From the NCBI GenBank assembly GCA_963769425.1, contig CAVYLP010000001.1, positions 256,001 through 320,000 on the forward strand: a stretch of 64,000 nt of DNA, read 5' to 3'. Numbering within the stretch: the stretch's first letter is position 1; each line of letters opens with the position of its first letter. Made by a program: the position numbers and the translations under genes. The notes below the pieces were generated by a model. That model saw only the letters and a list, made by a program, of their open reading frames with translations, was not told where the DNA came from and did no database searches. Of the stretch, positions 10,238-20,597 are shown in pieces. This DNA is from Candidatus Bathyarchaeota archaeon. Its GTDB lineage: Archaea > Thermoproteota > Bathyarchaeia > TCS64.

Positions 10238-11151
10238 GCTGTTCTCGGGCGGCTCTTCACACCCTTGATGACTCCATCGATCATCTTGTAGACGGCCTTA
10301 AGCGCGATGCCGTCGGGGTCGCCCTTCGTGGGTAGGCTAGCAACCCCGAAGGAGGCTGCGTTTGGGTACCTGAACATGGCCTCGAGGGTGGCGGAGAGCT
10401 GGTCACTGTTGCATCCGTCCGGCACAGGCGTTGAGTGGCCGGGGACCTCCTCGGCGCTCAGCACGTCGGTGTCGACGTGTACGTAGATGATGTCTGTGAG
10501 GCTGCTGAGCCGGTCCATCTGTGTCTTTACATTCGGGCCTAGTCTGCGGATGTCATCGACGGTGATGTGTTCGATGTCGCTGTTGTCGATGATCTCTTGC
10601 TCTAGGGGGTCGGTGTCGCGGACCCCGGCGAGTGTGACGTAGCGGGTGGGAAGGGGTACTTCGAGCCCGCTTTGCCTCCTGAGCCGGTGAAGGCAGAGGC
10701 CGCAGCCGACGGCGACGGGCATCCCGCCAATCATCATGCTGAGGCTCGTCTCCGGCGTGTTGATGTCTCCGTGAGCGTCGAAGTATACAAGGCCCACCCG
10801 CAGGGGTTTCCAGTCGGGGCCGGCGAGCTGCGCCCCCGCCAGCATCCCCGTGAGCCCGACGCAGTTCGAGAGGAGGGAGATGTTGAGCTCACCCCTCTTG
10901 ATCTGTCCGGAGACTATCTCCGCCATATGGCGCCCAGCTAAACCGAGCCTGTTCAGCGTCCCGTACTGCTTCCCCTCCTCGGGGGTGAGCATCGCGGTCT
11001 TCGTCTCAGTGACCTCGACGCCGAGGCGCTCAAGCAGCGGGTAGAGGCCGCCCCTCTCCATGATGTCGGGGCCCTCGTCGAACTCCTTCCTCCCGAAGTT
11101 ACCGTCGTGCAGGAACTTTGCTACTCCAACGCGTAGCCTTTCGTTACCCAA
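10234..11151 (-). CDS. Arginase/ureohydrolase family protein
   Basis: DAHGD.NTPETS, GMP, G.RD.DP.E, HVD.DVL. Confidence 0.85.
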   Translation of the reverse strand: MGNERLRVGVAKFLHDGNFGRKEFDEGPDIMERGGLYPLLERLGVEVTETKTAMLTPEEGKQYGTLNRLGLAGRHMAEIVSGQIKRGELNISLLSNCVGLTGMLAGAQLAGPDWKPLRVGLVYFDAHGDINTPETSLSMMIGGMPVAVGCGLCLHRLRRQSGLEVPLPTRYVTLAGVRDTDPLEQEIIDNSDIEHITVDDIRRLGPNVKTQMDRLSSLTDIIYVHVDTDVLSAEEVPGHSTPVPDGCNSDQLSATLEAMFRYPNAASFGVASLPTKGDPDGIALKAVYKMIDGVIKGVKSRPRTA

Positions 11152-11252
11152 ATCGAGTCAAGGCTAGAGGTACCGATCTGGGAAATATCTTCTCCCATCC
11201 GAGCCGTTATCTATAAACACGTGGGGAGGCTAGTTCACCTGATTAGACCGGA

Positions 11253-11492
11253 GTGACGCTTTTGGCTAAGAAGTTCAGGGTGAAGGTGGACGAGGCGACC
11301 TGCAAGGGGTGCGGCATCTGCGTCCACATCTGCGAGACTAAGGGGAATAAGAACCTGAGGTACGGGCAGAAGAGGACGCTCCTCGGGGGGAGCCTTCCCG
11401 AGGGCACCGACAAGTGCACCGGCTGCCGCTGGTGCGAGAGGTACTGCCCAGACTTCGCCATAACCATTGAGGAGGAGAAAAAGGATGCTTAA
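11253..11492 (+). CDS. korD: 2-oxoacid:ferredoxin oxidoreductase delta subunit, 2x[4Fe-4S]
   Basis: CKGCGIC..IC and CTGCRWCERYCPD; first gene of the operon. Confidence 0.88.
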   Translation: MTLLAKKFRVKVDEATCKGCGICVHICETKGNKNLRYGQKRTLLGGSLPEGTDKCTGCRWCERYCPDFAITIEEEKKDA

Positions 11493-12616
11493 GCCCGGTA
11501 AGAACCTGGTATTAGGGAACATAGCCTGCGCCGAGGGGGCGCTCCGAGCCGGGTGCCGACTCTTCGCCGGCTACCCAATCACGCCCGCAAACGAGATAAC
11601 CGAGTACATGAGCGGGGAGCTACCCAAGGTCGGCGGCTACTTCCTACAGATGGAGGACGAGATAGCGAGCATCGCCGCCTGCATCGGTGGGCAGTTGGGC
11701 GGGGGCCAAGCCCATGACAGCCACGAGCGGCCCTGGCTTCAGCCTCATGCAGGAGAACCTCAGCTACGCTCACATGACGGAGACGCCGCTGGTCGTCGTC
11801 GACGTTCAGCGCAGCGGCCCCTCGACGGGACAGTCGACGGACGCGAGCCAGCAGGACTTCTACCAGGCGCGCTACGGGGCGCACGGTGACTACGAGATCA
11901 TCGCTCTGAGCCCATGGAGCGCGCAGGAGATGTTCGACCTAACCGTCCGGGCATTCAACCTCGCCGAGCAGTACAGGACCCCCGTCTACTTCCTTGCAGA
12001 CGGCATGATCGGCCACATCAAGGAGGAGCTCACGGTCCCCGAGGAGGTCGAGATAGTGAACAGGAAGGCGCCATCCGGGCCCAACGTCACGCCGTTCGGG
12101 ACGGATGACCCCTCACTCGTCCCCGAGATGCCAAAGTTCGGGCAGGGTTACCGCCTGCAGGTCACGGGGAGCAGCCACCGCCCAAACGGCGTCCGCGACT
12201 ACAGCCCCAAGGTCCACTCCGACAAGGTGAGGAGGATAATGAAGAAGATCGCGCAGGCCGAGCCAAAGATCAGGGACGTCGCCAAGGTCGACCTCGACGA
12301 CGCGAGGGTCGCGGTGGTCAGCTTCGGCGCCTCCGCTCGCCCCAGCTACGGGGCGGTGAAGAAGCTCCGCGAGGAGGGAATCAAGGCGGGGCTGCTGAGG
12401 CTCAAGACCCTCTGGCCCCTCCCCGAGGAGGAGTTCGCCGACCTAGCTAACAAGGTGGACGCCATCCTCGTCGTCGAGATGAACGCGGGGAAGCTCGTCC
12501 GCGAGGTCCAGCGCGTCGCATGCGGGAAGACGAAGATCGCGTCCCTCACCCGCCTCGGCGGCGTCACCCCCACGCAGGGTGACATAGCACAGGAGCTCAG
12601 GAGGCTAGCGCAATGA
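11485..12616 (+). CDS. korA: 2-oxoacid:ferredoxin oxidoreductase alpha subunit, frameshift near 11690
   Basis: GYPITP, QMEDEIAS, then TATSGPGFSLM and QRSGPSTG in the shifted frame. Confidence 0.9.
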
Positions 12617-13636
12617 AGAACCTAGGAGAGCTGAAGGCGGACTACATAGTCAACAATCTGACGGCGTTCTGCCCCGGCTGCGGCAACGGCATGATTCTGA
12701 ACTGCTTCGTCCGCGCTGTCGACGACCTCGGCTGGAACGTGGACGACATGCTCTGCGTCTCGGGTATCGGGTGCAGCAGCTGGATACCGAGCCCCCACTT
12801 CAGGGGAGACACCCTCCACACGACGCACGGGAGGGCGCTAGCCTTCGCCACGGGCGCGAAGGTCTTCAACCCGTCGCTGAAGACGGTGGTCTTCACGGGT
12901 GACGGCGACGGTGCCGGGATAGGTGGCAACCACCTGATCCACGCGGCTCGCCGCAACATCGGGATCACCTGCATACTCGTCAACAACTTCAACTACGCCA
13001 TGACTGGAGGACAGATCGCCCCGACGACGCTCCACGACTCTAAAACGAGCACGAGCCCATACGGTAACCCCGAGCAGCCCTTCGACATCGCGAAGTTAGT
13101 CGCAGCAGCGGGTGCCACCTACGTCGCCAAGTGGACCACAAACCACGTCATAGAACTCACAAAGAGCATGAAGGAGGCGATGCAGAACCCCGGCTTCAGC
13201 TTCATCGAGGTCCTGAGCCAGTGCCCGACGCAGCAGAGGAACATCCTCGGCGTCCGTGCACCCGCGCAGGAGCTACCCAGCAGGCTACTCGACATGCTCG
13301 CCGAGAGCACCTACATAGCCGATAGGGAGGAGAGGAAGAGCTACATCTACACCGTCCTCGCCGGTGAGCCCGAGGCCGCCCTGAAGGCGGTGGAGAAGGC
13401 GCTGGGAGACACGGGTAAGGCGCAGCTCGTCGACCACCTCACCCTCGGGAGGGTGGCGCGCGTCGACGCGGACGACATCGAGGCCGCGAAGGCGAAGCTC
13501 GGCATACCCGAGGTGAAGCGCATAGCCGACTGCCCGCGAGGGGAAGCAGGAGATAGGCGTCTTCGTCAGGAAGACGCGCACCGAGTACACGGAGGCGCTT
13601 CGCGAGGTCGGTAGACGCGCGAGGGGTGAGCAGTGA
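12613..13636 (+). CDS. korB: 2-oxoacid:ferredoxin oxidoreductase beta subunit, probable frameshift near 13540
   Basis: CPGCG, SGIGC, GDGD, TGGQ, QCP. The shifted frame gives the typical tail KQEIGVFVRKTRTEY and ends in a TGATG overlap with korC. Confidence 0.88.
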
Positions 13637-14169
13637 TGCAGACGAACATCATGATCAGCGGCACTGGCGGACAGGGCATCCTAGCAGCCGCCGACTTCCT
13701 CAGCGAGGCACTCTTCCGCAACGGCTTCCACGTCGTGGGGACCCGCAGCTATGGCGCCGAGGCCCGTGGGGGCAGCGCCCAGAGCGTCGTCATCGCGAGC
13801 GACAAGGAGATCTACGACATACAGTTCGAGGCGAGTGACGCGATGCTCGTCCTCAGCCTCCCCGCTTACAGGAAGTACATAGGGGTGGCTAAGAGTGGGA
13901 GCCTTGTCATGGTCGACAGCCGAGTCATGTCGCGCCTCAAGCCGGAGGAGGCGAGGAAGGACGTGGAGACCGTCGCGGTCCCCGCCGCGGACCTCGCCGA
14001 GAAGCTCGGCAACCCCATCGTCGCCAATATGATAATCCTCGCCGCCTACACGAAGAAGACGGGCATCATCACCCTCGACCAGCTACGTGGCTCGGTTAAG
14101 GCGTTGATGAGGCCCCAATTCCACGACCTCAACCTCAAGGCGATCGAGGCGGGCGCGGCGGCAGTCTGA
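13636..14169 (+). CDS. korC: 2-oxoacid:ferredoxin oxidoreductase gamma subunit
   Basis: G.GGQG, SYGAEARGG, ANM. Confidence 0.9.
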   Translation: MQTNIMISGTGGQGILAAADFLSEALFRNGFHVVGTRSYGAEARGGSAQSVVIASDKEIYDIQFEASDAMLVLSLPAYRKYIGVAKSGSLVMVDSRVMSRLKPEEARKDVETVAVPAADLAEKLGNPIVANMIILAAYTKKTGIITLDQLRGSVKALMRPQFHDLNLKAIEAGAAAV

Positions 14170-14615
14170 GGGACCCGAGCACGAGCAGGGAGTACCCGGC
14201 CCACCCCATCCCCGGAGTCGCCGGGATAGTAGTGAGGGGCAAGGAGCTTCTACTGGTTAAGCGTGGGCGGGAGCCGGCCAAAGGATTGTGGGGGATCCCC
14301 GGGGGCGTCGTCGAGGTCGGCGAGACCGTCGAGGAGGCACTCGTCAGGGAGGTCCGAGAGGAGACTGGCTGCGAGTGCCGCCCAATAAAACAACTCACGA
14401 CCTTCGACTCGATCCGCAGGGACCCGGATGGGCGCGTCCACTGGCACTACGTCCTATTCGAGTACCTCTGCGAATACATCTCGGGGGAGCCAAAGGCCAG
14501 CGACGACGCCGACGAAGCGAGGTGGGTGAGGCTCGACGACCTCGGCTCTGTCAACATAATGGAGTCGACGCGTGCCTTCGTGGAGAAGGTGACCCGGGAA
14601 GAGAAGCTTCTCTGA
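14166..14615 (+). CDS. Nudix hydrolase (ADP-ribose pyrophosphatase-like), probable CTG start
   Basis: GG.VEVGETVEEALVREVREETG Nudix box; the conserved SREYPAHPIPGV N-terminus lies upstream of the track's start. Confidence 0.88.
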   Translation: MRDPSTSREYPAHPIPGVAGIVVRGKELLLVKRGREPAKGLWGIPGGVVEVGETVEEALVREVREETGCECRPIKQLTTFDSIRRDPDGRVHWHYVLFEYLCEYISGEPKASDDADEARWVRLDDLGSVNIMESTRAFVEKVTREEKLL

Positions 14616-14669
14616 CCATTTGGATACTATTTATATATTGATTCTCCCAACTGGTTAACCAGATGTAGG

Positions 14670-14897
14670 ATGTCAGCCGACGTAGAACTTGACGCCAAGG
14701 GGTTGAGGTGCCCTATGCCAATAATGAAGGCCACGAGGGTCATCAAAGATATGAAGCCTGGTCAGATTCTCAAGATAACAGCTACAGACCCGGGCTCGAG
14801 GAGGGACTTCGAGGGCTGGGCGAAGAATGGCGGGCACACCCTCCTTGACGTGAAGGAGGAGAACGACGTCTACACCTACACGATACGGAAGGGATGA
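14670..14897 (+). CDS. tusA: TusA/SirA sulfur carrier
   Basis: LDAKGLRCPMP...DPGS..D. Confidence 0.92.
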   Translation: MSADVELDAKGLRCPMPIMKATRVIKDMKPGQILKITATDPGSRRDFEGWAKNGGHTLLDVKEENDVYTYTIRKG

Positions 14898-14901
14898 AAA
14901 A

Positions 14902-15330
14902 ATGAGTGAAGAGAAGAAGCCGAAGAAGATGGCAATCATAGTGCACTCGGGGAGCCTCGACAAGCTCTACCCCGTCTTCATGCTGAGTAGCACCGGGGGG
15001 GCGATGGATGTGGAGACCCACCTATTCTTCACGTTCTGGGGCCTTATGGCACTCAAGAAGGGCGGCCTCGAAAAGGCGGGCCTCCCCGACTTCATGATGA
15101 TAGGTACCGATATGATGAAGGGCAAGATCAAGGATGCCAAGGTACCCACCCTCACCGAGCTCCTGAAGATGTGCAAGCAGATGGGTAACGTCAAAATCTA
15201 TGCCTGTAGCACAACGATGGAGATCATGGGCGTGAAGAGGGAGGAGCTGATCCCCGAGGTCGACGAGGTCGTCGGCGCGGCGACCTTCCTCAGCATCGCA
15301 CTGGACAGCGACGTTCAGCTGTTCATCTAG
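14902..15330 (+). CDS. DsrE2/DrsE-like protein
   Basis: FFTFWGL, YACSTTM, GAATFL. Confidence 0.88.
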   Translation: MSEEKKPKKMAIIVHSGSLDKLYPVFMLSSTGGAMDVETHLFFTFWGLMALKKGGLEKAGLPDFMMIGTDMMKGKIKDAKVPTLTELLKMCKQMGNVKIYACSTTMEIMGVKREELIPEVDEVVGAATFLSIALDSDVQLFI

Positions 15331-15705
15331 GTGCACGTGATGGGTCGCCTAACCATCCTGCTCTGTCACAGCCCTTTCCACCACGAGTCGGTCGACGAGG
15401 CCATAGAGATCGGGCGCGCCGCACTGACCCGGGGGCATAAGCTGGACATCTTCTTGATGATGGACGGGGTCTACTCCGCTTACAACAGGCAAAGCGGTGA
15501 GCCATTCAACGTAGAGGCGGTCTACCAGAGGCTCGAAGATCTTATGACGAAGGGCGGGAGGGTCGTGCTCTGCAGGGTCTGCGCCGAGCTCAGAGGCATA
15601 TCCGAGGACACCATGCCCAAGGGCATTGAGGTCGGGGGTCTCTTCGACCTAAGCGAGTCTATAGCCGAGTCCGACGCGGTCCTCAGCTTCGCGGGGGGTG
15701 GATGA
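15331..15705 (+). CDS. dsrE: DsrE/TusD-like sulfurtransferase subunit
   Basis: IFLMMDGVY, C..C...RG. Confidence 0.8.
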   Translation: MHVMGRLTILLCHSPFHHESVDEAIEIGRAALTRGHKLDIFLMMDGVYSAYNRQSGEPFNVEAVYQRLEDLMTKGGRVVLCRVCAELRGISEDTMPKGIEVGGLFDLSESIAESDAVLSFAGGG

Positions 15706-16045
15706 GATGCCCGAGAAGAACCTGCTGATCATAATTAAATCCGCGCCATATACGACGCTCGACTACTACGAGGGTACGAGGACCGCCGCAGGGCTCATAG
15801 AGCACAAGCTCAGGATACTCTACACCGGCGACGGCGTCTACGCCGCGACCAAGGCATCTGATAAGAAGCTGACGGGCCAATTCCTCTCGGATTTACCCGA
15901 TCTGGGGGTCGAGTTGTACGCAGACGTTAACGCGATGAGGGAGAGGGGAATAACTGACTCGGAGCTGGCCTCATTCATCGCACCAGCCGATGCGGGGAAG
16001 CTCACGGAGCTTGTAGCGAACGCAGAGGCATCCTTGGTCTTCTGA
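15698..16045 (+). CDS. dsrF: DsrF/TusC-like subunit
   Basis: APY, EG.R, GDGVY, ERG. Confidence 0.8.
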   Translation: MDEMPEKNLLIIIKSAPYTTLDYYEGTRTAAGLIEHKLRILYTGDGVYAATKASDKKLTGQFLSDLPDLGVELYADVNAMRERGITDSELASFIAPADAGKLTELVANAEASLVF

Positions 16046-16046
16046 G

Positions 16047-16316
16047 GTGAGATGCATGAAACTCTTCATCATCAGGAAACACGACGCGTCGCAGCTCAGG
16101 TTGGCCGAGTCCGTTAATGGCGCATCAATCGTCTTACTGCAGGACGGGGTGTTCCTGGCGACTTCGCCCATCAAGGCAGACGAAGTCTACGCGCTCGCAG
16201 AGGACGCCGAGAAGCGTGGCGTGAGGGATAAACTCCAAAAGCGGCTCCGGCTCGTCGGATACGATGAGCTGGCCGCACTACTACTCGAGGGCGGTAAAAC
16301 GGTGATCAATCTCTGA
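16047..16316 (+). CDS. dsrH: DsrH/TusB-like subunit
   Basis: LLQDGV, YAL.ED...RG, Y.EL. Confidence 0.85.
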   Translation: MRCMKLFIIRKHDASQLRLAESVNGASIVLLQDGVFLATSPIKADEVYALAEDAEKRGVRDKLQKRLRLVGYDELAALLLEGGKTVINL

Positions 16317-16327
16317 GGCGCCATGAA

Positions 16328-16774
16328 ATGGACATAGACTCCTGGGATAGGCAGATTCTTGAGACGCTGGCGAGGGATGCCCGCCTCAGCTACAGGGACA
16401 TAGCTAAGCATCTTGGGCTGAGCCACGCGAGCGTCTCGGCCCGCATCAAGAGGCTCGAGGAGGGCGGCGTCATCAAGGGCTACGCCGCGGTCATCAACCC
16501 GGACGCCGAGGGACTCTACCCGCTGTGCCTGAGGATTTCGGCGAAGTCTGGTTACGAACTCGGGGAGATCGGTAGGAGGATAGCCGAGTTCCCCGAGGTA
16601 CACGTCGTCATGAGGGTGAGCGGCGAGTGCGAGCTACTCGCCCTGACTCTAAGCGGGGACAGGCAGGCCGCCCTAGACCTGCTCTCGAGGATCAACAGGG
16701 TTGAGGGCATCGAAAAGGCAGAGAGCCACGTCGTGCTCGAGTCCCTGAAACTCTCCGGGTTCAGACTCAAGTAG
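16328..16774 (+). CDS. Lrp/AsnC transcriptional regulator
   Basis: D..IL..L..DARLSY.DIA..LGLS...V..RI.RLE..GVIKGY. Confidence 0.93.
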   Translation: MDIDSWDRQILETLARDARLSYRDIAKHLGLSHASVSARIKRLEEGGVIKGYAAVINPDAEGLYPLCLRISAKSGYELGEIGRRIAEFPEVHVVMRVSGECELLALTLSGDRQAALDLLSRINRVEGIEKAESHVVLESLKLSGFRLK

Positions 16775-16821
16775 GCTAGAAGCCGTTTTTAACGCCTCGC
16801 CACACGTGTTTATGAGGCACC

Positions 16822-18894
16822 GTGATCAGGGTCAGCGTCGACGTCGGCGGGACCTTCACAGACCTCGTCGCCCTAGACGAGGAGACTGGGAGGGTCGAGA
16901 ACATCAAGGTCCCATCCGTCCCGAGGAACCCGGAGAGGGGCGTAACTGACGCCTTCGAGGCGTTCCTGCGGGGGCACCAGCCGAGCGACGTGCGGTTGAT
17001 CGGACACGCGACCACCATTGCGACGAACGCGCTTCTTGGTCAGGTCGACCTCGACGTCCCACGTGTCGCCCTCGTGACCACGCGGGGCTTCAGGGACGTC
17101 GTCGAGATCGGGCGCCAGCGTCGCGCTGAGGTCTACAACCTATTCTTCAAGCGCCCCAAGATGCTCGTGGAGAGGAGACTAAGGTACGAGGTGGAGGAGA
17201 GGGTGGAGTACAACGGCTCCGTCTCGACCCCGTTAGATGAGGCTGAACTCGGCAGAGTGTTTGACGAGATCACCGGCCTAGGCATCTCATCCGTCGCCTT
17301 CTCGTTCCTAAACAGCTACGCGAACCATACTCACGAGGAGCGCGCCCTTGTCATGGCGAAGGAGAGAAGGGTCGCCCCCTACCTCACAGCCTCTCACAGG
17401 GTCAGCAACGAATACCGAGAGTACGAGCGCACGAGCACCGCCGTCGTCAACGCCACCCTCATGCCAATAATCCACCGGTACCTCACCCAGCTCAGCAAGG
17501 ACCTGAAGGGGATGGGTGTCGAGGCTCCGCTCTACGTCATGCAAAGCAACGGAGGCCTCTCCACCGTGGGGAACGTCTCCGAGAAGCCCGCCACAATAGT
17601 TGAGTCAGGCCCAGCCGCGGGTGTCATCGCCGCTGCCTGGCTCGGGAAACTCTCTGGAGCGGGGGACATAATCAGCTTCGACATGGGTGGGACCACGGCG
17701 AAAGCGGGGACGGTGCGCGGCGGGATGCCCGAGGTCGTCCCCGAGTACGAGGTCGCGGGCCACATCCACATAGGCCGCCTCGTCAAGGGGAGTGGTTACC
17801 CCGTCAGGTTCCCCTTCATAGACCTCGCCGAGTGCAGCAGCGGCGGGGGCACGATCGCGTGGGCTGACGAGGGAGGAGCACTCAGGGTCGGGCCCACGAG
17901 CGCCGGAGCCTTCCCCGGACCCGCCTGCTACGGTCGAGGTGGGGAGGAGCCCACGATAACCGACGCGAACCTTCTCCTCGGGCGCCTTAACCCCGGGAAC
18001 CTGCTGAGCGGCGGAATGCCCATCTACCCCGAGAAGTCAAAGGCGGCGCTCGCAAGGCTGGGGGAGAAGACGGGGATGGGTGCGGATGAAGCAGCGGTGG
18101 CGGTGATTCGCATCGCGAACTCAATGATGGGGAAGATACTCCGCATAGTCTCCGTGGAAAGGGGATACGACCCGCGCGGCTTCACGCTCGTCGCCTTCGG
18201 TGGCGCAGGCCCCATGCATGTCTGCGCCCTCACGGAGGAGCTCGAGGTCGCCAAGATCGTGATCCCGCCCAACCCGGGGATGTTCAGCGCCCTCGGTCTG
18301 CTGACCGCGGACATGTTCCACGACTACATCCGCCCAGTCGTCAAGAGGGTCACCGTGGTAGACCCGGGTGAGGTTGAGGCCGCGTACCGCGAGATGGAGG
18401 CGGAGGGGCGTGAGACGCTCAGGGGGGAGCACGTACCGCTGGAGAAGATGAGCTTCCTACGGCAGGCGGACCTCCGTTACCTCGGGCAGGCGTACGAGCT
18501 GACCGTCCCCGCCCCGAGGAGGATCAACGGCGAGTCCCTAGTCGCGACGCTAATTGCCTTCCACAAGCGACACAGAGAGGCTTACGGCTACTCTGCCGAC
18601 GGGGAGCCAGTCGAACTAGTCAACCTCAGGCTCAGGGCGATCGGAAATATCCCAAAGCCCGAACTTGGGGCTACCAAGCAGCGCGGTGAACCAAGGAGTC
18701 AGGAATCCCGGAAGGTCTACTTCGAGGGGAAAGGGTGGCTCGACACTCCGGTCTACCAGAGAGAAAACTGGGCGAGCGGATTCACCGGCCCCGCAATAGT
18801 TGAGCAGTACGACGCGACCACCGTCATCTACCCGGGCTGGGCGGTTGAGACGGACGGGGTGGGTGACCTCGTCCTCAGGAGGACAACCGTATGA
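16822..18894 (+). CDS. hyuA: Hydantoinase A/5-oxoprolinase N-terminal subunit
   Basis: DVGGTFTD, SGPAAG, DMGGTT, SAGA.PGPACYG, FGGAGP. Confidence 0.92.
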   Translation: MIRVSVDVGGTFTDLVALDEETGRVENIKVPSVPRNPERGVTDAFEAFLRGHQPSDVRLIGHATTIATNALLGQVDLDVPRVALVTTRGFRDVVEIGRQRRAEVYNLFFKRPKMLVERRLRYEVEERVEYNGSVSTPLDEAELGRVFDEITGLGISSVAFSFLNSYANHTHEERALVMAKERRVAPYLTASHRVSNEYREYERTSTAVVNATLMPIIHRYLTQLSKDLKGMGVEAPLYVMQSNGGLSTVGNVSEKPATIVESGPAAGVIAAAWLGKLSGAGDIISFDMGGTTAKAGTVRGGMPEVVPEYEVAGHIHIGRLVKGSGYPVRFPFIDLAECSSGGGTIAWADEGGALRVGPTSAGAFPGPACYGRGGEEPTITDANLLLGRLNPGNLLSGGMPIYPEKSKAALARLGEKTGMGADEAAVAVIRIANSMMGKILRIVSVERGYDPRGFTLVAFGGAGPMHVCALTEELEVAKIVIPPNPGMFSALGLLTADMFHDYIRPVVKRVTVVDPGEVEAAYREMEAEGRETLRGEHVPLEKMSFLRQADLRYLGQAYELTVPAPRRINGESLVATLIAFHKRHREAYGYSADGEPVELVNLRLRAIGNIPKPELGATKQRGEPRSQESRKVYFEGKGWLDTPVYQRENWASGFTGPAIVEQYDATTVIYPGWAVETDGVGDLVLRRTTV

Positions 18895-20597
18895 TCGATA
18901 AGACGACCGTCGAGGTGATCCGAGGCGCCCTCGTCTACGCCGCAGAGGAGATGGGCATCGCCCTGAAGAAGTCGGCTTATAGCCCCAACATCAAGGAGAG
19001 GATGGACCACAGCTGCGCCCTCTTCGACCCGCAGAGGCGCCTCATAGCTCAGGCGGAGCACATCCCCGTACACCTCGGCTCGATGGCACTAGGTGTGCAT
19101 GAAGGGATCGCAGCTTACAAGGGCACGCTCGGGCCGGGGGATATGATCCTCTTAAACGACCCGTACATCAGCGGCACGCACCTCCCCGACCTAACCCTCA
19201 TCGCTCCCATTTACGAGGGCACACGTCTACTCGGCTACGCCGCGAACAAGGCACACCACACAGACGTTGGCGGCAAGGCACCAGGCAGCATCGCCGGTGA
19301 CTCCACGGAGCTATACCAAGAGGGACTCATCATCCCGCCCGTCAAGTTCGTGAAGGCGGGCGTCATCGACCCCGAGCTTAGCTGGCTTATCAGGAGCAAC
19401 GTCAGGACCCCGGACGTCCAGATGGGGGACCTACGCGCGCAGATAGCGGCCAACAACACGGGGATCAGACGTGTCCTTGAGCTCGCAGCACAGTATGGCG
19501 CGGACACGCTCCACTCGGCGATGGAGGAGATCATGGACTACTCCGAGAGGCGCATGAGGGCCGCCATCTCCACGATGCCGAGCGGCGTCTACGAGGCATC
19601 CGACTACATGGAGGACGTCCCCGGGGTGGGCCTCGCCGAGATCAGGGCGAAGGTCACCGTAGAAGGCGACGGCATCACCTTCGACTACTCTGGGACCTGC
19701 CCACAGGTCGAGGCACCAATAAACGCCCCGCTGGGGGTCACCATCGCGGGCATCTACTACACTCTCATCACCGTCACGGACCCGACCATACCCGTGAACG
19801 ACGGCTGCTTCCGCCCGATCACCCTCCACATCCCCGAGGGAACCATCATGAACCCGAGGAGACCCGCGCCGGTCGCCGGGGGCAACGTGGAGACGAGCCA
19901 GAGAAACGTCGACGTCCTAATGAAGGCGTTCTCCAAGATCACGCCCGGGAAGGTGCCCGCTGCTGGCCTCGGCACCATGAGCAACGTCAGCGTCGGCGGC
20001 ACCCGCCGAGATGGGACCCCCTGGACCTTCTACGAGACCATCGGGGGCGGTTCGGGTGGGCGCCCGGATAGCGACGGCGTCGACGGGGTACACGTAAACA
20101 TGACGAACACCATGAACACCCCCATCGAGAGCCTTGAAGCGTATCTCCCGATGCACTTCGTCTCCTACAGGCTGCGCCCAGACACGGGTGGCGCCGGGCA
20201 ATATCGCGGGGGCTGCGGGATCGAGAGGAGTTGGACTCTCACCGCCCCGAAAGCGACTCTCAGCATACTCGCTGAGAGGACGAAGATTCAGCCATGGGGG
20301 CTAAAGGGGGGCGGGGGCGGTGCCCTGGGTGAGTATAAACTCATTAAGAGAAGCGGTGAGACCCTGACTCTCCCCTCGAAGTGCACCGTCCAGATCGAGG
20401 AAGGGGACACACTCGTGATCCACACGCCGGGAGGGGGAGGATTCGGGGACCCAAGGAGGAGGGACCCGCAAAGCGTCCTCAGAGACGTTCTGAATGGTCT
20501 CGTCTCTCCGGAGTCCGCGGAGAGGGACTACGCCGTCTCGATCAGGGACGGTGCGGTGGACGGGGAGCGGACTCGCCTGTTCAGGGTTAGGCTTTGA
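18891..20597 (+). CDS. hyuB: Hydantoinase B/5-oxoprolinase C-terminal subunit
   Basis: D.SCA, HIPVHLG, NDPY..GTHLPD, HH.DVGG, PGGGGFGDP. Confidence 0.92.
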   Translation: MIDKTTVEVIRGALVYAAEEMGIALKKSAYSPNIKERMDHSCALFDPQRRLIAQAEHIPVHLGSMALGVHEGIAAYKGTLGPGDMILLNDPYISGTHLPDLTLIAPIYEGTRLLGYAANKAHHTDVGGKAPGSIAGDSTELYQEGLIIPPVKFVKAGVIDPELSWLIRSNVRTPDVQMGDLRAQIAANNTGIRRVLELAAQYGADTLHSAMEEIMDYSERRMRAAISTMPSGVYEASDYMEDVPGVGLAEIRAKVTVEGDGITFDYSGTCPQVEAPINAPLGVTIAGIYYTLITVTDPTIPVNDGCFRPITLHIPEGTIMNPRRPAPVAGGNVETSQRNVDVLMKAFSKITPGKVPAAGLGTMSNVSVGGTRRDGTPWTFYETIGGGSGGRPDSDGVDGVHVNMTNTMNTPIESLEAYLPMHFVSYRLRPDTGGAGQYRGGCGIERSWTLTAPKATLSILAERTKIQPWGLKGGGGGALGEYKLIKRSGETLTLPSKCTVQIEEGDTLVIHTPGGGGFGDPRRRDPQSVLRDVLNGLVSPESAERDYAVSIRDGAVDGERTRLFRVRL

